From: a virus | Taxonomy: Duplodnaviria; Caudoviricetes | Reading direction: 5' to 3' (one strand) | DNA: 64,000 nucleotides | IMG/VR virus record: IMGVR_UViG_3300028025_000089 | Part shown: piece by piece, positions 27,595 through 37,900 of the stretch | Position numbering within the stretch: position 1 is the first letter of the stretch | Layout of the letters: each line of letters starts with the position of its first letter | Notes under the pieces: model-generated | The model's database searches: none | Seen by the model: only the letters and a program-made list of their open reading frames with translations | Told to the model about the DNA's origin: nothing | Program-made: the position numbers and the translations under genes

Positions 27595-28722
27595 TTAAAT
27601 AACGTATATTTGACGAGGCATTGCTCTAAACTTTAATTGTTTGTTAAGATTTTCTGCTAATAGTGCTTCACGCTCCATTACTTTTTCAGGACGAAGTCTT
27701 GTTAATCTTCCTTCTGCACCAATTAACTCTTCCAGAAGTTTAGCCTTTTCGTCTTTTCCTTCGGTCGCCATTGTAGTATAATCCATTGTAAGATCACCAT
27801 CAGGAGTTTTTAGGTTTCCACTAAACTTACCTCTAACACGAGCTAATGTTTCTTTACAATAAGCAACAAACCATTTTCTAACCCAAATTTGTGCGGGATT
27901 GTTTAATTTTTCCCAAGACATTTTATTAAAAGGAACATCTGAAGGTAATAAAATAATATCAGGATTATCCGCTAAACACTTATCTCTATCTCCTTGTGAC
28001 GTATCATAATACCAATACCAAACTTGACCTTGGGCCAATTCCGAATTTCCGAAATCAAACTTACCTCCAGGGGTATTTAAAAGGTGTAACGCTTTTTTAC
28101 CACCAGGAAGTGCTGTGATATAATATGTTAATTCACCCGCAAATATTCTTCTTTGTATGTTAACTTCTTGCATTCTTAATAATGTATCAAATACTGGTGT
28201 TAAATAATAACTTCCTGCCATGTTACCAATTTGAGCAAGACCTCCACCACCACCTAAACCAGTTCCATTACCAACTCCGGCAAAACCACCTAAACCAAAC
28301 AATAAATTATTAAGGGTTGTTGGGGTGAACCATAAAACTTCATTAATTTCACGACCTGCCGGTATTTCGTAAATTTGTTGATTAGGAACTAATTGTATGT
28401 AATCTTTTTTAATTTCCCAATCACCTCCGGCTTGTAGACCAACTATTTTAGAATATGCATAAGTATAACGAGTTTCAAAATCTAAACTTTTGGTTATGAA
28501 AGCTCGAGATAAAGATTGAGTATCAAGATTTAAGTTATACAATGATGTCCATTGTGATTCTATTAACCAATCCTGAACATATTGAGAATAATCATCAATA
28601 GAATATTCAAGTAAAGTATCCATCATTTCATCCTCTAATTCTACAGATCTTAAAGGTGCTCCAAGTAAATGTCTAACTTTTTGATAGAACTGACTTCTTT
28701 CCGGTTCGCTAATTATTGCCAT
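27595..28722 (-). CDS. Neck/head-completion protein (T4 gp13-like)
   Basis: N-terminal KVRHLLGAPLRSVELEDE and C-terminal WVRKWFVAYCKETLARVRGKFSG resemble myovirus neck proteins. Confidence 0.65.
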   Translation of the reverse strand: MAIISEPERSQFYQKVRHLLGAPLRSVELEDEMMDTLLEYSIDDYSQYVQDWLIESQWTSLYNLNLDTQSLSRAFITKSLDFETRYTYAYSKIVGLQAGGDWEIKKDYIQLVPNQQIYEIPAGREINEVLWFTPTTLNNLLFGLGGFAGVGNGTGLGGGGGLAQIGNMAGSYYLTPVFDTLLRMQEVNIQRRIFAGELTYYITALPGGKKALHLLNTPGGKFDFGNSELAQGQVWYWYYDTSQGDRDKCLADNPDIILLPSDVPFNKMSWEKLNNPAQIWVRKWFVAYCKETLARVRGKFSGNLKTPDGDLTMDYTTMATEGKDEKAKLLEELIGAEGRLTRLRPEKVMEREALLAENLNKQLKFRAMPRQIYVI

Positions 28723-28751
28723 AAGAGTTTTTTTATATAAATATCTTTTAG

Positions 28752-30896
28752 TTAGATAATTATTTTGTTTAACTCTTTTTTATAGAAATTTATCATCTCA
28801 GAAATTTCAATATTTTCACCACCCAATTCTTTTATTTTATCTGTAAAATATTTAATTCTATCTCTATAAAATTCAATTTGTTTATTAACATCTTTTGATA
28901 TGAATTGTTTTACAGGTGCTTTTTGTGTTTCTTTTTGTAATGGAACTTTAAAGTTACTTTGAAGTGGCATTTCATAATAATATATATAATATGGTGGATT
29001 TCTTCTTGAGGTGCTTACCGTTAAAATTTTACTATAATCGTTTCTAAACATGATGTATTTTTGTTCTGCTCTATCAACATACAAAATTATATCAACATTT
29101 TCTTCTTTATATTTTTTGTTTGTGTGCCAAGATTCCACCTTAAAATAATATCCCCTATCTCCACCATCAAAAAATTCAATATGATTAAGGCTATTTGTAA
29201 AAGGTTTGACTTGGAAATAAATTGTGTCTCCTCCTTTAATTTTTAAAACTATATCTTGACCTTTTTTTCTATCATTAATATCTCCCGAACAATGTTCATA
29301 CAACTCATAAGTCATACCTTCTTCATCAGGATTTAATTTATATATTTGTCGAATAATACTTGTTGCATAATTTTCATTCTCTTTACCAACTTCTATTGTC
29401 CCAACGTTTATTTCCGCCAAACGATCTAAATACATTCCTTCATTTGCGAAAAGGTCATAAGCATGTTCTTTAATCCATGTTTTAAAATCTGTTAACCCTT
29501 CAGTTTCTTCTAACCAAATGTTATATATTTCTTTTTTAACTTTACTATTGGTATCAAAACGATTGACGATAGACCATTGACTTGTTCCTCCGTGTTTTTT
29601 TTCTGCATAATCACCACCTAAAATACCAACATCTGTGGTGCATTTTTTTGTTTGGATTCTACCTATACAACCATTTTTATATTGTTTACCAAGACAACCT
29701 ACATATTGTGAATTAATTAAATCTCTTAATTGTTTTGGTGTGTATGGAAATGCGAAAGTTGTGCTAATTTCATTTATAATTTCTTTAGACTCAACACTCT
29801 CTTTAATATTTTCTTTTTTTGTCTTTGACAAATATAAATCGTTTACAAACTCCCAATTAACAACATCCCAAAATTTTGAAATGTATTCATCTCTTTTGTT
29901 TTGATATTTTAAATAATATGCATGTTCCCAAACATCAAGACCCAACAATGGAAATCCACCTTTTTTAACAACATTCATAAGTGGGTTGTCCTGATTTGGA
30001 GTTGACATTATTTTTAATTTTCCATCTTTTGATAGATACAACCACGCCCATCCTGAACCAAAACGATCTTTCGCCGCTTGATTAAATTCGTCTTTTAGTT
30101 TTTTTATGTTACCAAAATCTTTTTTAATCTTTTCATATATTTCACCATGAGGTCGTTGTTTTTTTGGGGACAACATTTTCCAAAATAATGCGTGGTTAAA
30201 AGCTCCTCCAGCATTGTTTCTAACTTTATTATCGTATTTACTGATTGTTTTAATAATATCTTCTAACTCTAAATCACCTTTTTTATCTTTCAATGCATCA
30301 TTCAATTTATCAACATAACCTTTGTAGTGTTTGTTGTAGTGAACGTTCATTGTTTTGGAATCAATAAACCGAGATAAAGAAGAATATGAATAAGGTAATT
30401 TTTCAATACCTATTTTTTTCATTTCAACCAACAAATTATTTTTGGTTTCAATTTTTTGTTCTAATAAAATTTGAGTTTCTAAAATTAAAAGTTTGTTATT
30501 AATTTTTTTATGTTCATACATTAATTGTTCCATTTCAGGATTTTCTTTTTCAAACATTTTAATAAGTCGTCCTGCAAAAGCATTTGCTTCATCTTCATTT
30601 TTACCACCGATGTCTGGACCTTTTTTTCTTTTTAAAACATCCATTTGGTGTTCATGAACCCATTCATGTGCTAAGGTTCTCATAATATCTCTATTCATAC
30701 GATCACCAACCAAGACTTTAATTGTGTTATCAGACCTCCTACTACCTGTAGACATTTCACCTTTTTGTTGATTTAAAAAAAATACTTTAACATCGTTTTT
30801 CAAAGGAAATTCACGTTGCAGAAGTTCAGTAAACTTTGTAATAAAGTCGGTATATTTTTTAAAATCTTTATTTTCTATGGTTAGTTTTACGTTCAT
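28752..30896 (-). CDS. Fusion: HExxH metallopeptidase-like domain + Fe/Mn superoxide dismutase + unknown C-terminal domain
   Basis: TLAHEWVHEHQ...EDEANAFAG; SOD ligands and motifs VHYNKHYKGY, GGAFNHALFW, FGSGWAWL, NQDNP, LDVWEHAYY. Start moved to the ATG at 30896, one base after the upstream stop. Confidence 0.85.
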   Translation of the reverse strand: MNVKLTIENKDFKKYTDFITKFTELLQREFPLKNDVKVFFLNQQKGEMSTGSRRSDNTIKVLVGDRMNRDIMRTLAHEWVHEHQMDVLKRKKGPDIGGKNEDEANAFAGRLIKMFEKENPEMEQLMYEHKKINNKLLILETQILLEQKIETKNNLLVEMKKIGIEKLPYSYSSLSRFIDSKTMNVHYNKHYKGYVDKLNDALKDKKGDLELEDIIKTISKYDNKVRNNAGGAFNHALFWKMLSPKKQRPHGEIYEKIKKDFGNIKKLKDEFNQAAKDRFGSGWAWLYLSKDGKLKIMSTPNQDNPLMNVVKKGGFPLLGLDVWEHAYYLKYQNKRDEYISKFWDVVNWEFVNDLYLSKTKKENIKESVESKEIINEISTTFAFPYTPKQLRDLINSQYVGCLGKQYKNGCIGRIQTKKCTTDVGILGGDYAEKKHGGTSQWSIVNRFDTNSKVKKEIYNIWLEETEGLTDFKTWIKEHAYDLFANEGMYLDRLAEINVGTIEVGKENENYATSIIRQIYKLNPDEEGMTYELYEHCSGDINDRKKGQDIVLKIKGGDTIYFQVKPFTNSLNHIEFFDGGDRGYYFKVESWHTNKKYKEENVDIILYVDRAEQKYIMFRNDYSKILTVSTSRRNPPYYIYYYEMPLQSNFKVPLQKETQKAPVKQFISKDVNKQIEFYRDRIKYFTDKIKELGGENIEISEMINFYKKELNKIII

Positions 30897-30897
30897 T

Positions 30898-31326
30898 CTA
30901 TTTTGACATTTCAAACATAATTATATCTGATTCTTTATAGTATGGACCTATGTTTGTTTGATAAGTAACGGTTGCTTTGTATTCACCCGATTCTAACGGT
31001 CTATAAATATTTGAGTTTGAGTCCGCAATTGGTTCATTATTTAATAACCAAACCCATGTTAATGATGTTACGGTTATTGGAAATTGCGTTGGGGACATAA
31101 CAATTAAATCGGAACCATCAATCATAACATCTAATCTGTTACCAAACACTAAAGATAATAAAGCATTTTTAAGTCCATCTATTTGTTCTTGTAATGTTAC
31201 ATCTACCTGATCGTTTATTGAATCTTCAGTAGATATTTTAGTTTCTAATGATTCGTCAATAGAATCTAATGAACTAAGATCTTCACTTAATCCATCAATT
31301 TGACTTTGATCTAATTTTGTTGGCAT
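30898..31326 (-). CDS. Small virion accessory protein: short coiled coil + Ig-like domain
   Basis: WVWLLNNEPIADSNSNIYRPLESGEYKATVTY resembles an Ig-like strand pattern; TATTTAT upstream. Confidence 0.5.
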   Translation of the reverse strand: MPTKLDQSQIDGLSEDLSSLDSIDESLETKISTEDSINDQVDVTLQEQIDGLKNALLSLVFGNRLDVMIDGSDLIVMSPTQFPITVTSLTWVWLLNNEPIADSNSNIYRPLESGEYKATVTYQTNIGPYYKESDIIMFEMSK

Positions 31327-31347
31327 AATTTATTTTTATAATAAATA

Positions 31348-33108
31348 TCACCGTTTGTTAATTAGATTTAATATTTCTTCAGCAACATCACCAACATTTT
31401 CAGGTGTTTGATCACCCATTACGGTTCTAATAATTTCTTTTTTCTTGTTAAGTATGTCATAAATAGCACCTTCTATAGTATTTTCAAATAAAGGATAATA
31501 AACCAATACGTTTGATTTTTGTCCGTAACGATATGCTCTATCTTCTGCCTGTGCGTGTTCTGCAGGAACAAATGATAAGTCGTTCATAATTACAACCTCA
31601 GCGGAAGTTAATGTTAAACCAACCCCTGCAGCTTTTAAATTACCAACAAAAACTCTAATTTTTTCATCATTTTGAAATGAATCCACAGCTTGTTGACGAA
31701 CAGAGTTAGAACAACTACCATCAAGGTATACCGCCTGTTTTCCAAAATGATGGTATATTGTTTGAAGTGTATCTGTAAAGTTTGTGAAAATAATAACTTT
31801 TTTTCCTTGTTCTAAAATGTTTTCCGCAAACTCAATAGTTTGTTTTGTTTTTTCGTTTGCAATTACTTTTCGAACTTTCATCAGTTTTGAAAACTGAACT
31901 GTGAGTGATGAAGACTCTTCAGGGTTTTTATCATACCAATCGTAATATTCGCCCATAAGATTTTCATATTCAGAAGATTTTAATCTCAAATAAACTGGTG
32001 TAATAATTTTGTCGGGTAAATCTAAAACTTCTTCTTTTAATCTTCTTAGAATTTGTTTTGATGTTCTATCTCTTAATTCTTCTAAATTGGATGCTCCTGA
32101 AACATTCCAAACTTTTCTTTTACCAGCATTAAATTGATAACCCTGACAATAACGAATCGCATAAGCCATCCAATTTTGAGCGACAGGACTTTCGATGATA
32201 CTTAAAAGATTATAATAATTCATAGGTCGAGATGTCATCGGTGTTCCTGTTAATAACCAAACCTTATCAATGTTTTTAACATAACTATTAATTATCTTTG
32301 TCCTTTGAGCTTGAGCGTTTGATATCATATGTGCTTCATCCAAAATCACAAGATCAAAATTAGATTTTTCTAATAATGAATTTTCTTTATCTTTTGGATC
32401 GTGGAAGTTTTTTAATATATCATAATTTACAATAACAAAATCGTGATCCGTTGAAAACTTTTTTCCTTCGGCAATAAAAGTTGGTCGATCAGAATAGTTT
32501 TCAATTTCTCTTTGCCAATTTATTTTTAAAGATGCTGGACAAATTATTAAAATCTTTTTTGCACCTGTCTCAAGTGCAGCAATAATTGTTGATGTAGTTT
32601 TACCAAGTCCCATGTCATCAGCCAAAATAAATCTTTTTGATCCTGCCAATTTTTCAATTGCAACTTTCTGATGATTTAAAGGTGGTCTATGTGAATATTT
32701 AGAATAATCAATATCAACACTTTTTACATTATGTGTTTTAATTAAAGCTGATTTTGGAACCCAAAATTCAGATAGTTTATCTTTTTCAAAAAACTTACCC
32801 CAAACATGATAAGATTTTTCCTTTTCAACTAATAGTTTTTCAACATAGATTTCTTTTGGTGTTTCTATCAAATATCTTTCTTCTGCAAACTTTTTAGCAA
32901 AATAAGTGTCTAACTCAACCCATTTTCTTGCAACTTTTGGTTTTGTTTCAAAATAAGATAAAATATAATCGGCTTGAGTTCGTGTTGGGAAAAACTTTTT
33001 TGATGATTCTTTTTTTTCTTTTAGATATAATATATAGTTGTTGGCACCACTATAGGTGTCAAGAACATCAAGTGCTTTATGTTCGATAAGAGTTTTTAAA
33101 TCTCCCAA
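31348..33108 (-). CDS. SNF2-family helicase (SMARCAL1/HARP-like)
   Basis: ILADDMGLGKT, DEAH, LTGTP, QAEDRAYRYGQ; TTG start. Confidence 0.92.
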   Translation of the reverse strand: MGDLKTLIEHKALDVLDTYSGANNYILYLKEKKESSKKFFPTRTQADYILSYFETKPKVARKWVELDTYFAKKFAEERYLIETPKEIYVEKLLVEKEKSYHVWGKFFEKDKLSEFWVPKSALIKTHNVKSVDIDYSKYSHRPPLNHQKVAIEKLAGSKRFILADDMGLGKTTSTIIAALETGAKKILIICPASLKINWQREIENYSDRPTFIAEGKKFSTDHDFVIVNYDILKNFHDPKDKENSLLEKSNFDLVILDEAHMISNAQAQRTKIINSYVKNIDKVWLLTGTPMTSRPMNYYNLLSIIESPVAQNWMAYAIRYCQGYQFNAGKRKVWNVSGASNLEELRDRTSKQILRRLKEEVLDLPDKIITPVYLRLKSSEYENLMGEYYDWYDKNPEESSSLTVQFSKLMKVRKVIANEKTKQTIEFAENILEQGKKVIIFTNFTDTLQTIYHHFGKQAVYLDGSCSNSVRQQAVDSFQNDEKIRVFVGNLKAAGVGLTLTSAEVVIMNDLSFVPAEHAQAEDRAYRYGQKSNVLVYYPLFENTIEGAIYDILNKKKEIIRTVMGDQTPENVGDVAEEILNLINKR

Positions 33109-33136
33109 AATCTTTTTTATTAAAAATAATCATAAA

Positions 33137-33148
33137 ATAAATATTTAT
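33137..33148. promoter_or_regulatory. Palindromic ATAAATATTTAT giving TATTTAT on both strands between divergent genes
   Basis: Perfect 12-bp palindrome in the 55-nt gap between the SNF2 gene (-) and the gp14-like gene (+). Confidence 0.5.
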
Positions 33149-33163
33149 CAATAAAACAGCCTA

Positions 33164-33676
33164 ATGAAAAGTAATGTTCCTATAACAAGACTCGGTAAAT
33201 TTTTTGGGGATCGTGATTTTGAACTTGAAATCGGTATGGGTCAAGAATGGTTAATTGGTGATATGAACTATACTTGTGTTCTTTATAGAATTGATAGAAA
33301 CAAAATTAAAACTGATGATGTTTACGGTGAAGTGGTTGAAGACGGTATTAAGTTTTTACCTCCTGTCGAATTCAATGCGTATGTTGCAATTGCCGCCCCC
33401 ACCAACAAAATGGTTGGATCAACAAGAATGGATCAAGTTGAGCCAGGTAATATTACAATGTCCGTTTATTTAAAAACACTTAATGATTTAAATATTGACA
33501 TAGATTTTGGAGACTATGTTGGTTATTACGATTCGGAAAATTTTGTTAGATATTATAGTGTTGTAAATGACGGTCGTGTTGTTTCAGACATAAAACATAC
33601 ATATAAGGGGTATAAACCTTTTTATCGCACCATAATCGCGGCTCCTGTCGGACCAAATGAATTTAGAGGATTATAA
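33164..33676 (+). CDS. Head-closure/neck protein (T4 gp14-like)
   Basis: Size, position before the tail terminator and sheath, and DDVYGE...PPVEF...GDYVGY pattern. Confidence 0.55.
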   Translation: MKSNVPITRLGKFFGDRDFELEIGMGQEWLIGDMNYTCVLYRIDRNKIKTDDVYGEVVEDGIKFLPPVEFNAYVAIAAPTNKMVGSTRMDQVEPGNITMSVYLKTLNDLNIDIDFGDYVGYYDSENFVRYYSVVNDGRVVSDIKHTYKGYKPFYRTIIAAPVGPNEFRGL

Positions 33677-34713
33677 TGGCATTACCAAAAAGAGGACCAG
33701 TAAAACCAACAATACCACTTAACTATCCTAAAACTCTTTTACCAAGAAGGGAAGAGATTAAGGATATGATTACAAAAGATGGAACTTATTTACCTAAGTC
33801 ACTTTTACATGCTGATTTAGATAGGGGGTTTTTAGATTTTGTAAAAGAAAAAATTCAATTTACAAGTGAAGGAAAAAAAATACCTGTTGTTGATGTTTTG
33901 ATAACAACACAAAATTGGTCACAATTTGTTCAAACTTGGGATTTTCAAAATATAGATAAAAATTTGGAACCTCCATTTTTAACGATCATTAGAAATCCTG
34001 ATGTTAAATTGAACGATAAAAGAAGATATAATATCCCAAATAACAGGATGTATTATTATATGGAAGTTCCAACATGGGATGGAAATAGAAAAGGTGTTAA
34101 CATATATAAAATTCCACAACCAATTCCTGTTGATATAAAATATACGGTTGCTTTAGTTTGTAATAGAATGCGTGAAGTTAATAAAATGAATGAAACAATT
34201 ATGAATTTATTTGCTTCATATAATGCATATCAAATTATAAATGGACATTATATTCCGATTATTAATGAATCATTCACCGACGAATCTGTTATGGATTTAG
34301 AAAGTAGAAAGTATTATATAAATAAATACGAATTTACACTCAATGGATTTTTAATAGATGAAGAACAATTTGAAGTATACCCCGCTTTAAATAGAACAAT
34401 TCAAATGTTTGAAGTTGATAGTCGACCTGTTAAAAGACCGCAAAAAAAACAACAACCACCAGAATTAGAATCAATAACTTTTACGTATGAAAATAGTTTA
34501 ACAACATTAGAAAGATCTTTCTTCTACACTTGTAATTTACTTTTTCAAAATACGGTTAATGTATCATCATTTTCGGTATACATAAATAATCAATATGTTG
34601 GTGATGATGTAGATCTAATTCAAATCAATAATGGTGACGAATTAAAGATTGATATTATTATGGGATCAACAGGTCAAGTTCCTCAAGTAATATTTACACA
34701 AAAGTTAATTTAG
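33676..34713 (+). CDS. Tail terminator/completion protein (T4 gp15-like)
   Basis: PIPVDIKYTVALV...YEFTLNGFL; synteny upstream of the sheath. Confidence 0.55.
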   Translation: MALPKRGPVKPTIPLNYPKTLLPRREEIKDMITKDGTYLPKSLLHADLDRGFLDFVKEKIQFTSEGKKIPVVDVLITTQNWSQFVQTWDFQNIDKNLEPPFLTIIRNPDVKLNDKRRYNIPNNRMYYYMEVPTWDGNRKGVNIYKIPQPIPVDIKYTVALVCNRMREVNKMNETIMNLFASYNAYQIINGHYIPIINESFTDESVMDLESRKYYINKYEFTLNGFLIDEEQFEVYPALNRTIQMFEVDSRPVKRPQKKQQPPELESITFTYENSLTTLERSFFYTCNLLFQNTVNVSSFSVYINNQYVGDDVDLIQINNGDELKIDIIMGSTGQVPQVIFTQKLI

Positions 34714-34874
34714 TTTTCACCATAGATGTCTTTTTTTTCTTGACACTTTTCCATAATTAAGTTTTCTAAAAACTTATACATTTTGATTCCACGTTTATCA
34801 CAATACTTTTTCAAAACATTGTGAACATCAACGTCTATTTTTAAATTTTTTATTTTTTTTTCTTGTTTATCCAT
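34710..34874 (-). CDS. 54-aa ribbon-helix-helix (CopG/Arc-like) DNA-binding protein, absent from ORF track
   Basis: Hand translation: MDKQEKKIKNLKIDVDVHNVLKKYCDKRGIKMYKFLENLIMEKCQEKKDIYGEN; strand KNLKID, helix A, G-turn, helix B. Confidence 0.75.
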   Translation of the reverse strand: MDKQEKKIKNLKIDVDVHNVLKKYCDKRGIKMYKFLENLIMEKCQEKKDIYGEN

Positions 34875-34995
34875 AGGTAGAAAAAAGGCAGAAAAAAATC
34901 ATACCAACTTATAAATACTTTTATAAATGTAAAGTTTTTGGTGTTTTTCATAGTATTTATAGTAAAAATAAATTTTATAAAAAGTATTTTACAAT

Positions 34996-37900
34996 ATGGC
35001 AACTAACAGTAAAGTTTTCGTTTCACCCGGTGTGTATACTTCTGAAGTCGACCTTAGCTTTGTAGCACAAAGTGTGGGTGTAACTACATTAGGTATTGTC
35101 GGTGAAACTTTAATAGGTCCAGCATTCGAACCTATCTTCATCACAAATTTCGATGAATTCCAAACCGTATTCGGCGGAACATCACCTGAAAAATTTGTAA
35201 ACACACAAATTCCAAAATACGAGGCATCATATATTGCTAAGGCATATCTTCAACAATCAAACCAATTATTTGTAACGAGAATTTTAGGTTTATCAGGTTA
35301 TGACGCAGGTCCATCTTGGTCAATAGCCACCGTTGCAAACGTCGATCCTTCAACGATTGGTGTTTGGTGTTTAAGTTCAGTTACTGATGTATACACTTGT
35401 GAAACTATTTGTGCAATTCCTAACGAAGTAACATACTTAGTAAGTTTTACTGGATGTAACAATAGCACTTCATCAATAACATATACTTCATTATTTCCTG
35501 ACGATATTCAAAACATTATAAATGATCAATTTGAACAATTCAATGGAAATGTTTCAACATTAGATGCACAAATTAAAAACTTAATTTTTGACGTTATTAC
35601 AGATTCAGATCCGTTTACAGCAGAAGATGAATTCATTTCTTACTTTGGTTCAGTAAGTAGTAATGATTACAACGCTTTAACAAATGCTGGATGGACGGCA
35701 GCAACAAATGTGTTTAATGTTCCTTCGGTTTCTTTAGATGATACGAATTTGTTGTCTCCATTGAATGATCCATGGTATTATGCATTATTTACTAACACAG
35801 GAAATACAAACTATAGTGGTTTTTCATTCTATACTTTCGTTTCAGGTTTAACTTTAAACCCTGTAACAACTACAACAACAATTCACACATCAACAACGAC
35901 CACCACAACTAACCCTTGTGCAACTCCAGTACCAAATCCATCTACAACAACGACAACAACATTACCTCTTAATTGTTATACAGGTCAATTAGTTGTTAAA
36001 TTATTCTACTATACGGGAACATCATTTAGTGATTATGATAATGTAGTAGTGGGATCTTTAAGATCGAGAGGTGTCTCAACATATACAACATCCACTAATC
36101 CTACTTATTCAGTTACTGGAACATCAGATGTAACATTAAACATGTCGGGTCAATATTCATCAGTTCTTAAAAATCCATACGCAACGTTTGGTGTAAATGT
36201 TACTGATAAATTTGGAACTAACTATACCTTTGAAACTTCATTTACACAAAATGATCCTGAATATTGGACAAAGGTGTTTGGTGTAACTAATTTCCAAAAA
36301 CCAAGAATTGAAGTTCCTGTATTTGCAGAAGAAAACTTCCAATCATGGTTGAACTTCGCTTGGAGAAAAGGATATATTAGAGGTCTTAACCCTAATTTAA
36401 TTGCACTTGAATCGGCTCAAAGTGGTGATCCAAACTCAATTGGTTGGTATTTAGATAGATGGCAAACACCATCATCACCATTTGTTGTTTCAGAATTAAG
36501 AGGTAATAAAGTTTATGACTTATTTAGATTCTACACAATTTCTGACGGTGACGGAGCTAACACGTTAATAAAAATTTCAATTGTAAATCAAACTTATAAT
36601 AATTTAACTTTTGACGTATTAATTCGTGATTATTTTGATACAGATGCAAATCCTGTTGTTCTTGAGAAATTTACAAACTGTACAATGGACCCAGGACAAA
36701 ACAACTATATTGGAAATAAAATCGGAACATTAGATGGTGAATACTTATTGAATTCTAAATATGTTATGGTTGAGATGTCTGAAGACGCTCCGATTGACGC
36801 ACTTCCTTGTGGATTTAACGGATTCAACTTTAGAAATTATGCAGGTGCACAATCTCCGTTCCCAATTATTAAAGGTAAATACGATTTCCCTGGTGAAGTT
36901 ATTTATAACCCACCATTTGGTTTATCAACAGGTAATGACGACGCATTAGTTAGTCCGGGAGATAATGTTAGAAGAACTTATTTGGGTATTTCTAACTCTT
37001 ACGGATGGGACCCTGCATATTTTGAATACATCGGGAAAAGAAATCCTGTAAATTCTTGTGATATAGATGGATTACCATTCAATTACAGATCTGCTGGTTT
37101 CCACATGGATGTAAACGCAAGTGGTTTAACAATCGGACCTGAGTTCTCAACGGCCGGTGACCAAAGATTTATCTGTGGTAATTCACCATTTATTACAGAA
37201 CCTGAATTACCAACAAACGCTTACTATAGATTGTTCGCTCGTAAATTTACTTTATTAGTTCAAGGTGGATTTGACGGATGGGACATTTATAGAGAATACA
37301 GAACCATCGGTGATGAATTCCAAATCGGTAGACGTGGATACTTAAACGGAGCTTGTCCTTCAACAAGATACCCACAAGCAACGGGTTGGGGAGCATTTAA
37401 AGAAATTTCTTTAGGTGACGGAACTCAAAACTTTGCAAATACTGACTACTACGCATATCTATTAGGTCAACAAACATTTGCAAACCCTGAAGCGACAAAT
37501 ATTAACGTATTTGTTACACCGGGTATTGATTATGTTAATAATAGTAACTTAGTGGAGGCTGCGGTTGAAATGATCGAATTCAATAGAGCTGACTCATTAT
37601 ATGTTTGTACAACACCTGATATTGATTTGTTTACACCATCTTCAAGTGGAATTGATTTGTTTATCTACCCAACTGAAGCAGTAAATAACTTAGAAGATAC
37701 AGGAATTGACTCTAACTATACCGCAACTTACTATCCGTGGGTATTAACAAGAGATAGTGTGAACAACACACAAATCTATATTCCACCGACAGCTGAGGTT
37801 ACAAGAAACTTAGCGTTGACAGATAACATCGCGTTCCCTTGGTTCGCAGCGGCGGGTTACACTCGTGGTATTGTTAACTGTATCAAAGCTCGTAAGAAGT

